This document shows, one piece after another, positions 53,138-64,000 of a stretch of DNA of 64,000 nt. Source of the stretch: Laetmonice hystrix (lineage: Eukaryota); NCBI GenBank assembly GCA_965235115.1, contig OZ249438.1:30008001-30072000 (forward strand), written 5' to 3'. Under the pieces are notes generated by a model that was not told where the DNA came from, ran no database searches, and worked only from the letters and a program-made list of their open reading frames with translations. Position 1 is the stretch's first letter, and each line of letters begins with the position of its first letter. The translations under genes were made by a program, and so were the position numbers.

Positions 53138-56100
53138 CAGGTCGACAGGTGTCCAATAGACTGGTCACTTAGTTTCACCAATTCTGCTTTTGGTTTTTAT
53201 AAGCGACAGACAACCCATGCAGCAGCATCTGTATTTTCTCTCTTATATATGAAACATCCAACTCAACTTTGCAGAAACGAAGGATGCTAAGCTTGGGGCA
53301 CAATGACATAAAACCAATAAAATTCACGTCATTTCCCTATCTAATATAATAAAAATGCCCGCAAAGCCCGGGGTTCAGCGCTTTGATGTGATGTTCAAAC
53401 GAGCAGCACCGACGGCATGCCCTGTAAAGCGTATTGATTGCACGAATTCGGTACAAAGTGAAATTCAAGTCATAAAAATAAACTGTGCATTTCATTTGTG
53501 CGGCACACAATGTGCCCGAGTGCACGGGGGTCAATTACCGCAGTGGGTGAGCCCTAAAAGCCACACTTTGCTGGCCTTGAGCCCATACAAATCAGGGTTC
53601 TCTTCAATCGAAACCCCAAAGCAGGTTGTACCCTAGTAATGGGTCCAACTCATTCAGATTCCAGCTTTCGGCAATCCAGATACTCTGTCTGCATGCTCTG
53701 TCACATTGCAGTGTTTTTGCGTTCCAAAAAAAGAATCCTATTTGCACGTTTGGTGCGTTTATGTAACTACGGATACAGAAAAAAAACGATCGCTTCGTCT
53801 CTTCAAGCCGTAAAGAAATATAATCCTCAGTGGTCAGTCCAATCGGGCAAGAAAGGATTCTGCGACCGAAACCACACCTCGTGATTCGAGAAGAAATTCC
53901 AAGCTCGGATCCTCTTGAAGACGTATTGGGCTTGGTAGTTATCTGTTGGTTGTGGGAGAATTGAATGTGTGATATGCGTGTGATCAACTGAAACCGTCCA
54001 CCTGGGGTAATCATATTTGATGTGGTTCATGAGAACAGCAGGTTATTCTACTCAGTCGATATCATAACCTGTACTACCACAAAACTATTCGTTTAACAGA
54101 TGATCACTGCTGTTGTTGCTAACTTGGGATCCACAGGCATGATGCAGACCAGCAAGATTTTATCTGACGTGTCATGGCAAGGACAACGGGATCAGAGCCC
54201 GGGCCCTGAAATTCATGACTCATCCTACAATCAGTTAGAGGAAAATACACCCCATGTCTGGTATCAATCATGTCTGCCCCCACCAGTAAATAATGTACTA
54301 ACCATTAAATATTATAAAACTATACTCCTAATTTATCAAAATAGAAGAAGATTCTGCTGATCTGTAACTCGAACTCGAATTCTAATGAAATTGCGCTTTT
54401 CTACTCTCATTGGTGTAATAGGATTCAGTCAGTATTTATCCTGTGGACACTAGGATTATAAACACTATTGATAATGAATCGGCCTGCCTAATTACTTGGA
54501 GGGGCCCTCACATTGTCAGACAAATTCATGGTCTTCTTGTGACTACATTTATATCGTAATATCGTGACTATCATATAATAACATCCAATATGTTGCTATA
54601 TAATATCTGTTATAAAGGGATGTTCCTGGAAACGCTTTAAAAACAAACTGTCCGAAGAATGATATCAAAAATATAGACATTGTGCTGTTGCTTCCATGGT
54701 TTACCTTGCACTTACGGGTCAGATATGTTTTTATTGTGGGTACAGGAGTGAGGGCAGTTGTTTTGGTGGGGTAAATAGTTACTGTACATATGTGTGGAGC
54801 CAGTCCCCTACACCATCAACATGGGGCTTGAGTCAACAGAGGGACTCACTTTTTAGTAAACACCTTGGCCCTATTTACACAGCGCAAGAGCCGGTCCCGG
54901 TGACAGGTTCCCTGGACAAACACCTCCCGAGGCCTGGCTCGATATCTCGGCCCACTACATGGTGGCTTAAGCACTCCCACTATCAACGTCAGGTAAATGT
55001 TCGGCAACACCAACGCCAGGCCCAGAATGGGTCCTGTCCTGTTCCCGTTACCGGGATATCTATTCTTTCTATCGCATATGAAGGTTTGGCAAACAGGTCC
55101 TCCACCCCTGAGAGCCACCGTTAGCAAAACCTTTAACACTGGCTCTCTTCACATCTTTCTTTACTCATTGGGGAACGGGGTAGGGTAGAGATGGGGGAAA
55201 AACAGACCCAGGTCGTTCAGGAGAGAGGAAGAAATAGACATTAGGGGTTCCTAAAAACAAAGTCTTGGTCTTGGCCAGACAGCTCAGTGCTTTCTGCGGA
55301 TCTCCATGGACGCGAAAATGTGAACAGCATGTGACACCCTTTACCCGTGAGACGATGAGAAGGGAATGGAAAACCTCCCAGCTATACCAGAAAACACTAA
55401 GCAGACGTAAGCTAGTTTTGCCAAGAATAACACAATAAGTTGGTTTGTAGGCATTTAGGTATTTTGTGTCCCCGAGTGAAACTAGTACATGTTAGGATTT
55501 TAGGTGGATTACCTGATGCTCGTACAGGTTCCCAGACACCACCAAAAACACTTTCTAGAACTCTGATAAATACAATTATAACACAGCTACGGAATAGGTT
55601 TAGCATGCGGAACACACAACCCACTCAAAAGATTAAATTCAAAGAACGGTGATGGTTGGATTGAATTGCCAAGGCAACCAAGGATTACATATCAGGTGTA
55701 GGAGGTTAATCCTAGCGGGCCAGTAGGTCCGGGTTATCTGAAACAAGCAGTGCACACGAGATATTTGATCCCCTCGCCGCGTGTGCTGGCGTGCTGGATA
55801 GGGGTGTCAGAAGGGCCATTGACCAATTGTGCACCCCAACTGTAAGGACTGGTGTTGGCAACCCGTCAACATTTATCTTTTCCTACGGTTTCCTAGCGGT
55901 CAACCCTAACGCTACACAAAGGAACACGTTCCGTATGTTCTCCACTCCTCCCTTCTACGTGTACGTGCCACCGTATATTTATCACGATCAGACATTTTTT
56001 TCTCTCCCTATAACAAACTAATGTCAGTCCAGCGGGGCCTGAAAGAGCACAGGTTTCTGTGTGAATCAATATTCTGTGCCATTTTCCATTAAAATTGTAA

Positions 56101-56293
56101 CTTGGTACTGAGAGTTTTAGGTATACCATACGATGATACGTGGTCCTTCCTGAAGTATTAGGCCTGTTCTCACTCTTTCATTTACTCAACTTACAAACGA
56201 GAAACGACCTTCTCACAAATGGGCATGCGTTGTACATTTTGTTGATTTGTCACTGGACCTTCCAGTACCGAGCCCCAGGGTTTTGGGGCCCTC

Positions 56294-56313
56294 TGACATC
56301 TGACCTTTGACCC
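56294..56313 (-). promoter_or_regulatory. Nuclear-receptor DR1-type element with a third degenerate half-site
   Basis: Plus strand TGACAT-C-TGACCT-T-TGACCC, which is GGGTCA-A-AGGTCA-G-ATGTCA on the minus strand. TGACCTTTGACC also occurs in common invertebrate repeats, so function is unproven. Confidence 0.3.
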
Positions 56314-59206
56314 CGCCACCCAGGTCATGCCCAAGGTGTCACTTGCAAGGCTACAGCTGACAACGGCCAGGAGTATATCTCTCGCATGTGGCCTGTTTCC
56401 AACCTTGTGTACCATGTTTACTACGGGTCCCTCCTCGGCACTCCACACAAGATATGCATGCAGGCCTACATACTTCTGTTCTGCCTGCATATTTTGACAG
56501 GAATTTTTCGGATGCATAACAGGACCAAAACATTGATAACTTTTTATTTAGAATACAATGTGAACTATTATACAATATGAAATACATGTAGAACGGAAGT
56601 TACTTTTGAAAGGCTTTTTTACATGTTTGTCTATACGATTTACAAGCACTCCAAAGGTTGACTTTTCCTACCCACGGTACCTATTGTTGTAATGATCCTG
56701 GCTTGTATGTATCAATGTCTAGTGCGAGTATTGTGAACCTGAACCCGGCCATCCATGCCTGTTGTCAACACTGTCAGCACGACTCCCCTCTCCTCCCTCC
56801 CACCCGACGCTATGCAATGTCAACCTGGCCCTTCCTATCCCTGACCGATGCCACCATTGTCACTCCGGCCCTAATCACCAACAGGTGTTATTTAGTGGAC
56901 CGGCAGACCATACAAATCCCATGCCTCCACCAGGTGCTGGCAGGACTGGATGGCACAGGAATCTGCACCGAGCCCTCACAACCCTGCGTGGCCAGCGCCC
57001 CAACACCTTCCCCCAACTCTTGCCCCAAGCCAAGCCATCTCTCATGGACTACCCAACAGTGAGAACCACTGTCATACATCAATCAACTTAATAAATGGAT
57101 CCATCGATATGTTTCTATGGCTTGGCACAACGCACACCACATAAAGCACCCAGTCTCTCACATGAATCACAGCATACTGACACAACCCCCAGATTCGGAC
57201 TTGTCCTCACCCATCATAGAGTCACCAGCTCCGGCCTCCCCGTTCTAAAACAACATTATAAATAGGACAATCTTTCTCATACCACCCATCTCCGTATTTA
57301 TGCCCAAGAAGATAGAAATCCTGACAATATGTTTCTAACTACTGAATCAGTGCAGAAAGCCGGCCGTGCAGTGTCAAGCCTCAGGTTTGACATATTCAAC
57401 TAATCAACACTCATCTCAACTAAGGCAGAAAATTTGGAGATGCACTATGAGACACATCATGGCATCTTTTTTCGGTGAAAATGATAGCATTTCCTAAACC
57501 ATGCACAAAATGAGGTCGTGCAATTGTGAGAATAATGAATAGAAATGTACATGTACATAATGTTGGCGACCTATAAAAGGTACTCGATACCTTATGGTCG
57601 TTCATCTGTCCCATGAGTCCCATGTTTACCCCTATTTTTCTAAGCGGCAACCTCACAGACAGAGACCTACATTAGCCCTAACTTAATTGCACCTGGCCCT
57701 TAACGGATAGAATGACCATTACTATGGCCCAGTTGTTCACGGGTCTGTTGTTGCACAATGTCAACGACACGCGTTGCTATATTCTTTTCACCAGACAATT
57801 AGTTCTATGCTTGACCAAGCGTTCAGATCACCTCTAAGCTAGGCCTCTTAAAAATTCTGTCTGGGTCGTGGCGAAACTTGCCGAAAGGTCTCGTTGTCGG
57901 GCTCATATTAACTTTATGTTGGCGTCCTGCTACTCAATTGCTTCTGATCCATATTAAATTATACTTCCTCATACATGCTCGGGCAGGAAGTATGAGACTT
58001 CAATATGTGTAGCTATCCCAGGCCAACCCTGCTTGATCAGAATACAATGATATCTTGAGAAGTTTCCCTGGTACTGAGGAACCATGTAAGATAGTTCTCT
58101 TACTCGTATCCTTTGGTTATTTTAACAACCTTTAATAAATTAGTTCTGCATTTTTCCCAATTAATAAAGGTTGATTTCTTTAGATGGTCAGTCTTATCAA
58201 CATCACCAAGTTACATCAAATCTTAAATTCTAATGCTGCTCATTTCACTGAGGGCATCACGCCCACACTTTCCTTTTCAGGAGCACCTTATACCCTTTTG
58301 AGGTTTGTTCGCCAGTGGCTTCAAACCCAGCCGTCAATGCCTACCACTACCATACAATGCCTGACCTGAGCTGAGCCACCTGACGCCCTCTCATCCGTCA
58401 GTCTGTAGGATGGGCGGGGGTGCCGAGGAACTGGGTCATTCACAGAGCGCCGGATGACATAGGGTGGAGAAAGGTTGACCTTACATCATGGAATAAGATG
58501 GGAAGAGACTGACGTCCTAAGGCATCACGCACCTTTGGGATAACATGGGGAGGGGGGGCTGATGTTCTACCTCACTCAAATTTGAAAGGACTGAGGCCGT
58601 GGTGATCTAATCTAAGTCAATCACAGGCCTAGTGCAAGCTTCATGGAATAATTGTATAACGTCAGTGATTAATCTGACACTCAGCTGGAGCAAAGGCTCT
58701 ATTCAGAGGATGGCGTCATATTTCAGAATGGGTTCACCGACAACTTCAGTTCAGTCCAACCCGGTCAACTCAAATGAACCATTCTGATGATGCCATATCA
58801 ATCCACCATATGGCGACGAGAGCTGCCTTTATCAGCGGCTCGGCCATGTATTACATAACAGCGGCACAGTAGCCCTGCTGGCCCTTATGATGTCACTTAT
58901 ACGACACTCGATGCTGTTATCTAATATTGCCACGAGTCCTGAATCAACCTTATTATTACGGACAATTCTCGCCATCTCACATCTGATTCACATTGCTACT
59001 TTTCAATTAATTCTGGGCATGACCTTGTTGCCATATAGGATGACAACGCAGCATTAACTGTAAAACAAAGTTTAAGTAGTATGCAAGTAGTATGCGTTTC
59101 CCACAGCTTTTATGCTGTAGTTCTTAAACTAACCAAGTTCAGCTAACATCTAAGTTGGCCGTTACACTGCAGTGGCCACAATTATTAAACTAATCCTTTT
59201 CAATGA

Positions 59207-59466
59207 CAGGGCCGGATCGGGGGGGGGGGGGGGGTTGTGGAAAGAAAGAAAAAAGAAAAGAAAAGGAAACAAGGGGGCCAAATGTTCGTTCTGCAGCCCA
59301 GGAACCACAGTGTCAATTTAGAATCTAAAGTGATAAGTATACTAACGTTATATATTTCATAAAATAATAATAATTTTTGGACTTGACGACTGCAACCCCC
59401 CCACCACCACCCCCACCCCCACCCCACCCCCACCACCCTTGAAAAAAATTCCTGGATCCGGCCCTG
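59207..59466. mobile_element. Non-autonomous DNA transposon (hAT-like CAG termini), 260 bp, 5-bp TSD
   Basis: Perfect 12-bp TIR CAGGGCCGGATC / GATCCGGCCCTG, flanked by AATGA at 59202-59206 and 59467-59471. A G16 tract and a C-rich tract lie inside the two ends. Confidence 0.8.
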
Positions 59467-60583
59467 AATGACTTTACGTGAAGATCTACAGGTGATCCTG
59501 AACACAACACCCCGTGCTCAGAACATGGTAGGTGTTACCAACGAGACTACACTTTGAATGTTTTACTGCATTCTTCAAATGTTTGCACTCGAATCACAAT
59601 TAGGGTATGGGCTCCACCTTGGACCAAGAACCCCAATTGAAACCAGCACCACCCACTGATTTGCTAGCCCGACTTCCCTGGGAGAACGGTTGACGTCCTG
59701 TTAATGACGTTATCTTAATGCGGGGATAGCCCGTCATGGTGATACCGCGGGGCTGGTTCAGCGACGGAGGACAAAGGAATTGGCTGTGTTAGCTTCACTG
59801 ACCACAAGCGACTTGAACTGGACACTGTGTATCCGTGGTTACTGAGGTGGAGAATAATGCGCGCAGACAATAAGTACGAAGGTACACAACATGTGGCAAA
59901 CAATACTGTGGGATAGAATGGGCCCAGAGTTATCATCTCATTGTTCGGGTAGGTGGATGTGTGTGGGTGGCGTGGCAGGGGTGAGAAGAGGGGATGCTGT
60001 AGCGGGGAGGGGAGGGATGAGGGAGAAGTATATGAGGGGGAAGGCCAGCAACATGTTCAGGACCTATAGCACTCCGGTCGTGCTTCAACGCTTCAACGCT
60101 CAGGAACTTCACTGAAACAATAACAGCTAGATTTTAATGAACAGGTCCCTCTCCACTTGTCTGGAAATCTGTAACATCAGCGAGCAAAGGTAGCATTATA
60201 TTATGACGATTACTATGCAGAAGAAAAAGTCATGAGTCTGAACTAATGTTCTTTTTCTCTCCGCTCTCTCTTCTGGGAATACTATTTTCCATCAATGAAC
60301 TGACCTAATTGAGTCTATTTAGTGATGATAATAAAACCGGAATCTGGACTTCCATTTGCAGAAGAGGCGAGCATCACTGCCTGTATTGATCAATTGTTTT
60401 AGTAATTACTTCGTTGAAAGCTGGAAGATGGAAGATGGGGTGGAATGGGAGGGTGGCCTAGCGGTGTACTCTTTGTGAAGAAGATGAGTAGAGATAATCA
60501 TTGGAAGCCTTTTGCCGGTACTTTTGGTCTCTGATCACTAGGTGCTGTCATCAAAAGGTGGTCTTCTTATTGCCACACTCATC

Positions 60584-60626
60584 TGTCAATAATACATTTG
60601 TCAATAACACATGTGTCAGTAATAGG
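60584..60626. repeat. Degenerate 15-bp tandem repeat x3
   Basis: tgtcaataatacatt / tgtcaataacacatg / tgtcagtaatagg. Confidence 0.7.
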
Positions 60627-62087
60627 CTCCGCCCTAGCACACACAGAGAAACAGGTTGCCTAGCAGCGGCTCCTGTCACAGGTAACTCAACGTGAACGAG
60701 CAGCACCGGCGCATTGACCGAACGAGAAAGACCACAGCCTGCTCTGACAGGCAACCCCTGTCAAGGTAGAGCAGTTACCAACTTACAAGAAGTGGCCATG
60801 TACCACGTGAGTGAGTGGCCATCGACAAGGCAGCCTTACTGCCGGGGAGCGAGTCTGTGTGTAGGTGTGTGGGCGGGGGCCCGAGGTGAGCCTATCTCTC
60901 TGTGCCAGAGGTAGATCAATTACTTTATCTCCTGCTTTTGGTCTATTTTTATAGCAGGGAGATCGCCGATGTCGTCCATGTGTCTGTGTGTGCGTGGGGG
61001 GGGGGGGGGGGGGTGCGTGTTCATCTTGTCATCTTGCGTGCACTTCAACATGACCTGCATGCTGAGATGAAACAATCATGGACATATACAAAAATGGTTA
61101 ATCCCCTAGTTTGTCAGATGTCGCAGAATATTATTTTAAAAACCCCTTCGGCGAGGGAATGCAGGAATATGTACTTTCAAACGCTGGATTCATTCTGCCA
61201 TGTTAGAACAATAAGTCAATTGATCCTTCCTTTTGCCTCGGTGTACAAAAAAACTACTGTATGGCCTGCGGACTCATAACAGATAATAGTAGTAATAGGA
61301 CTGCGCAAGTAATTGTACATAACTACACACAAGATCGAGCGTCTGGGGAAAAAGAAAAGAAAACAGACCCAGTCTTCCAATCTATTTAATTATTTATATC
61401 AACCCTTTTTAAAAAAACTTCCTGTATTTGGATATGTGAGACAACCGGGTCGATGCACTCTTCTTATCATTCTAAATAGTCTTAAAATAGAACAACTCAA
61501 AGTATGTTTGTGATTCAACATTTCTGTGTTGTGTGATAACAAAGTAGTATTGCTGACGACTTGCTTAAGTGCGCCAATCTTATTGTCAATTTCACCGTAA
61601 GCCTGGTTTCAGCTGAGATTCGCGAAGGACAACCATGTCAGGAAAAAACACACCAGACACTGTCTGATGTATGAGATTATGAATGCTGCTTCACAAGGAA
61701 ATCATCGCCATGGACGGGAATAACTATATCTTTTTTGTTGCAACACCTTATATTCTGTCTTTAAAGTGAGGCATAAAGGGAAAGACTTATAAGGATGAAT
61801 GAAGAAAAAAGCTTACAAGAGTGTTGTAAAAGTGTCAGGGTAAACTGCCGTTTTCACAGGACACGTCTTTGCCACGAAGTGGATGTTTGTTCAGTAAGTG
61901 GATCTTGTCATTCTCAAGTGGGCCGACACATTGAAGTGCGACAAAACTATGGACTTTAGGATGTTCTACTCCTGGAAGGGAGCAAGCTTGACCCTGCAGA
62001 TGGCAGCATTCATTGCACGTGTGTCACGTGTATCGGTCACCGCTTCGATATTGCCAGAGGTGGTGACTGAACAGCAGCAGAGGCGGT

Positions 62088-62111
62088 GGTGGCGGTGGCG
62101 GTGGCGGTGGC
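62088..62111. repeat. (GGTGGC)x4 hexanucleotide repeat
   Basis: Read directly from the sequence. It lies in a GC-rich segment with coding-like composition. Confidence 0.9.
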
Positions 62112-64000
62112 GATGGTGCCTGGAACGGTGCCATCTAAATGTGGCACTGCTTGACTCGGTCACCCCTTCAGTACCCGTTTCACGAGGTGGTCTTCCCCTA
62201 AAGCCTCTGTTAAGGACAGACGCCCATCCCGAAGCTACCACTCCACCCCTACCACTAACACCATCCTTTCACCCCCAACACCACATCTTCAGGCACATCC
62301 TGGTGATATGACCGCTGGGGGTGATATCCCTTCCAGTTTCAGTTGTTATTGTTGTTGGTGATGCTGAACTGGCTGCTGGCAGCGATCCCTGTCTGAACAC
62401 AAGGTCTCCGGCATATTGACTGCCAGCAACCTGCAACCACACGAACTGACTTAGTGGCCTTGGGATTTTGAGAAACAACATGTTACAAGAGTATACACCA
62501 GCTCATCTTAGCAGCGTGCATCGCCAGTTGACCATTCTGATGAAAGAAATGCTGGGAACCCTGAGAGACCACAAGAAATCCATATTGCCCATATACATGT
62601 CAGTCTACAATGGCAAAACTTTTCCTTGTGATCAATCCCATGAGGCATGCTTTGGCTTGCCAGAGATGCCTTTACTTCGTGAAAAAAGGGTTGCTTTATT
62701 GTGCCAGAGCAGGACTTCCTGGCCCCCTCTACCCAGCTTGTGATTTGGCGCTCTGCCAACTGTGTAGACTAACAAATGCAGGGCAGGACTTGAACCCCTA
62801 GCCTTTTGACATTCCAGTCCTGTCTTTAATCGAACATTGGGTCGCTGTATGTGGGCAAAAACAATCTCCAGCTTCCAACGCAGGGGTTGGGTCCAGCTGG
62901 TCACACCAACCCTTCTTCGGTGCCTTTCAGGCAGTCATAGCCATCATTGAGAGAGTGCTAGTAAACTACCATGGCACATAAGCCTTCACACGAGCCTTGG
63001 CTCCGTGCCAAGAAGACCTTTCTATTTAAATAAGGCACAACAGCCTGCTTGACTGCCCCCATTTGGCCAGCCACTCAGCCTGGTCCCCTCACAGTACTCC
63101 AGCGTTCGCCTGGACATGATGGCATGCTCTCACATATTATGGACACATGCAGGGCTGACAAAGTCCCCGATGATCCTGTGGAGGCATTTGTATAGTGGAA
63201 TAGCAGGTCCCCATGCACGTCCCCACACATGCGTCCACGGCCTCCTACAGGCAGTCATTCTGTTACATGACGGGGCCTTGTCCCCAGAAACACTGCGTCC
63301 AGGACATGACAGCTGACGTGGACATCGTAACTTGTTCCCCTATGGCACGTCGTCATGGGCGTCTTTTGGACTACCTGTCACTATTAATGGGCCCGAATTC
63401 ATTGTACAAGGCCATTCTAGTCAGCCCGGTAACAACCAACAGCTAACGCCACGCTCTGCGTTCCCACGATCTGGCAAGATAGGAGCCTGAAAAGGTTGTC
63501 AAAGTTCAACTTTAATCAGTGGGTGTTCCAAGAAGCCCCGACCTCTTAATTAAAGTCCTGAACTAGCTTTAAGAATTGCAATGCTTTTTTTTCCCACTCC
63601 GTCATACCTGCTTACCAACAGCCTTGTTTCATTCAAACAACAAAACCTAATATATGACACTCGATCAGATTTGTCTATGCCTTTCTTAAAAATGTTAACG
63701 TTATGAAAAGCCCCATGCCTGACAGCGTGATGCGACCAGCTGTAGAAGAGCTGTAATTAACCACCACCGTGCAATTCTATTGATCTCTTGTCAGTCTCCT
63801 GATCAACTCAACAGGGCAGTCTGCACTCAGCACATCTCGTAAATCCATGCAGCTGCCATCGCCACCGACAACAGGCACTGCATTCAGAGATCTAGATGCA
63901 ATATAAAAACCAATGACCTTCTGCACCAGGCATCATTACGACATGAAACCAAGCACCGTCTACGGGGGCTGAATAGAAATAGACAATCACACGTGCATGG

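Noticed and set aside
58703-58799. Imperfect stem-loop (pre-miRNA-like)
   Set aside because: The loop is about 40 nt with a bulged stem, and there is no known mature miRNA match.
62490-62600. TILMKEMLGTLRDHKKSILPIY resembling DIRS RT (FTKLMK.VL..LR..GI....YLDD)
   Set aside because: The catalytic YLDD and the flanking RT motifs are absent.
63849-63878. VPVVGGDGSC resembling an OTU catalytic motif (minus strand)
   Set aside because: The following residues do not fit the CLFRA pattern, and the frame is short and bounded by stops.
1-64000. CRISPR arrays, RAG-type RSS (CACAGTG plus nonamer), rRNA/tRNA/snRNA genes, telomeric arrays
   Set aside because: I found no regularly spaced repeat-spacer array. 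The CACAGTG heptamers lack a spaced nonamer, and no conserved RNA gene sequence or (TTAGGG)n run was seen by eye.

Overview
This is eukaryotic, animal-like genomic DNA, roughly 40-45% GC by eye, with CpG retained, long G/C homopolymers and microsatellites. The SINE tail and MITE types suggest a marine invertebrate, but the taxon is an inference. I recognise no protein-coding gene, rRNA, tRNA, snRNA, conserved miRNA or CRISPR array. The longest listed ORF is 157 aa, and almost all ORFs in the track look like chance or antisense frames. The window reads as a long intron or gene desert. The sequence directly supports these elements: two PIF/Harbinger-type MITEs (49551-50041, TTA TSD; 52868-53137, CAG TSD); a hAT-like MITE with a 5-bp TSD (59207-59466); an imperfect-TIR MITE (26987-27157) with a partial inverted copy at 834-917; a 5'-truncated SINE with a 12-bp TSD (36803-36960); an 87-bp foldback carrying a consensus splice donor on both strands (48398-48484); and a truncated MADF/Myb-SANT-like ORF start, probably a Harbinger ORF2 fossil (37883-37945). 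Weaker signals are decayed Gypsy, Penelope and RTE coding motifs, several CpG-rich CCAAT/GC-box islands, and single CTCF-like and DR1 motifs. I found no convincing evidence of a new biological system. The findings below are leads of modest interest.
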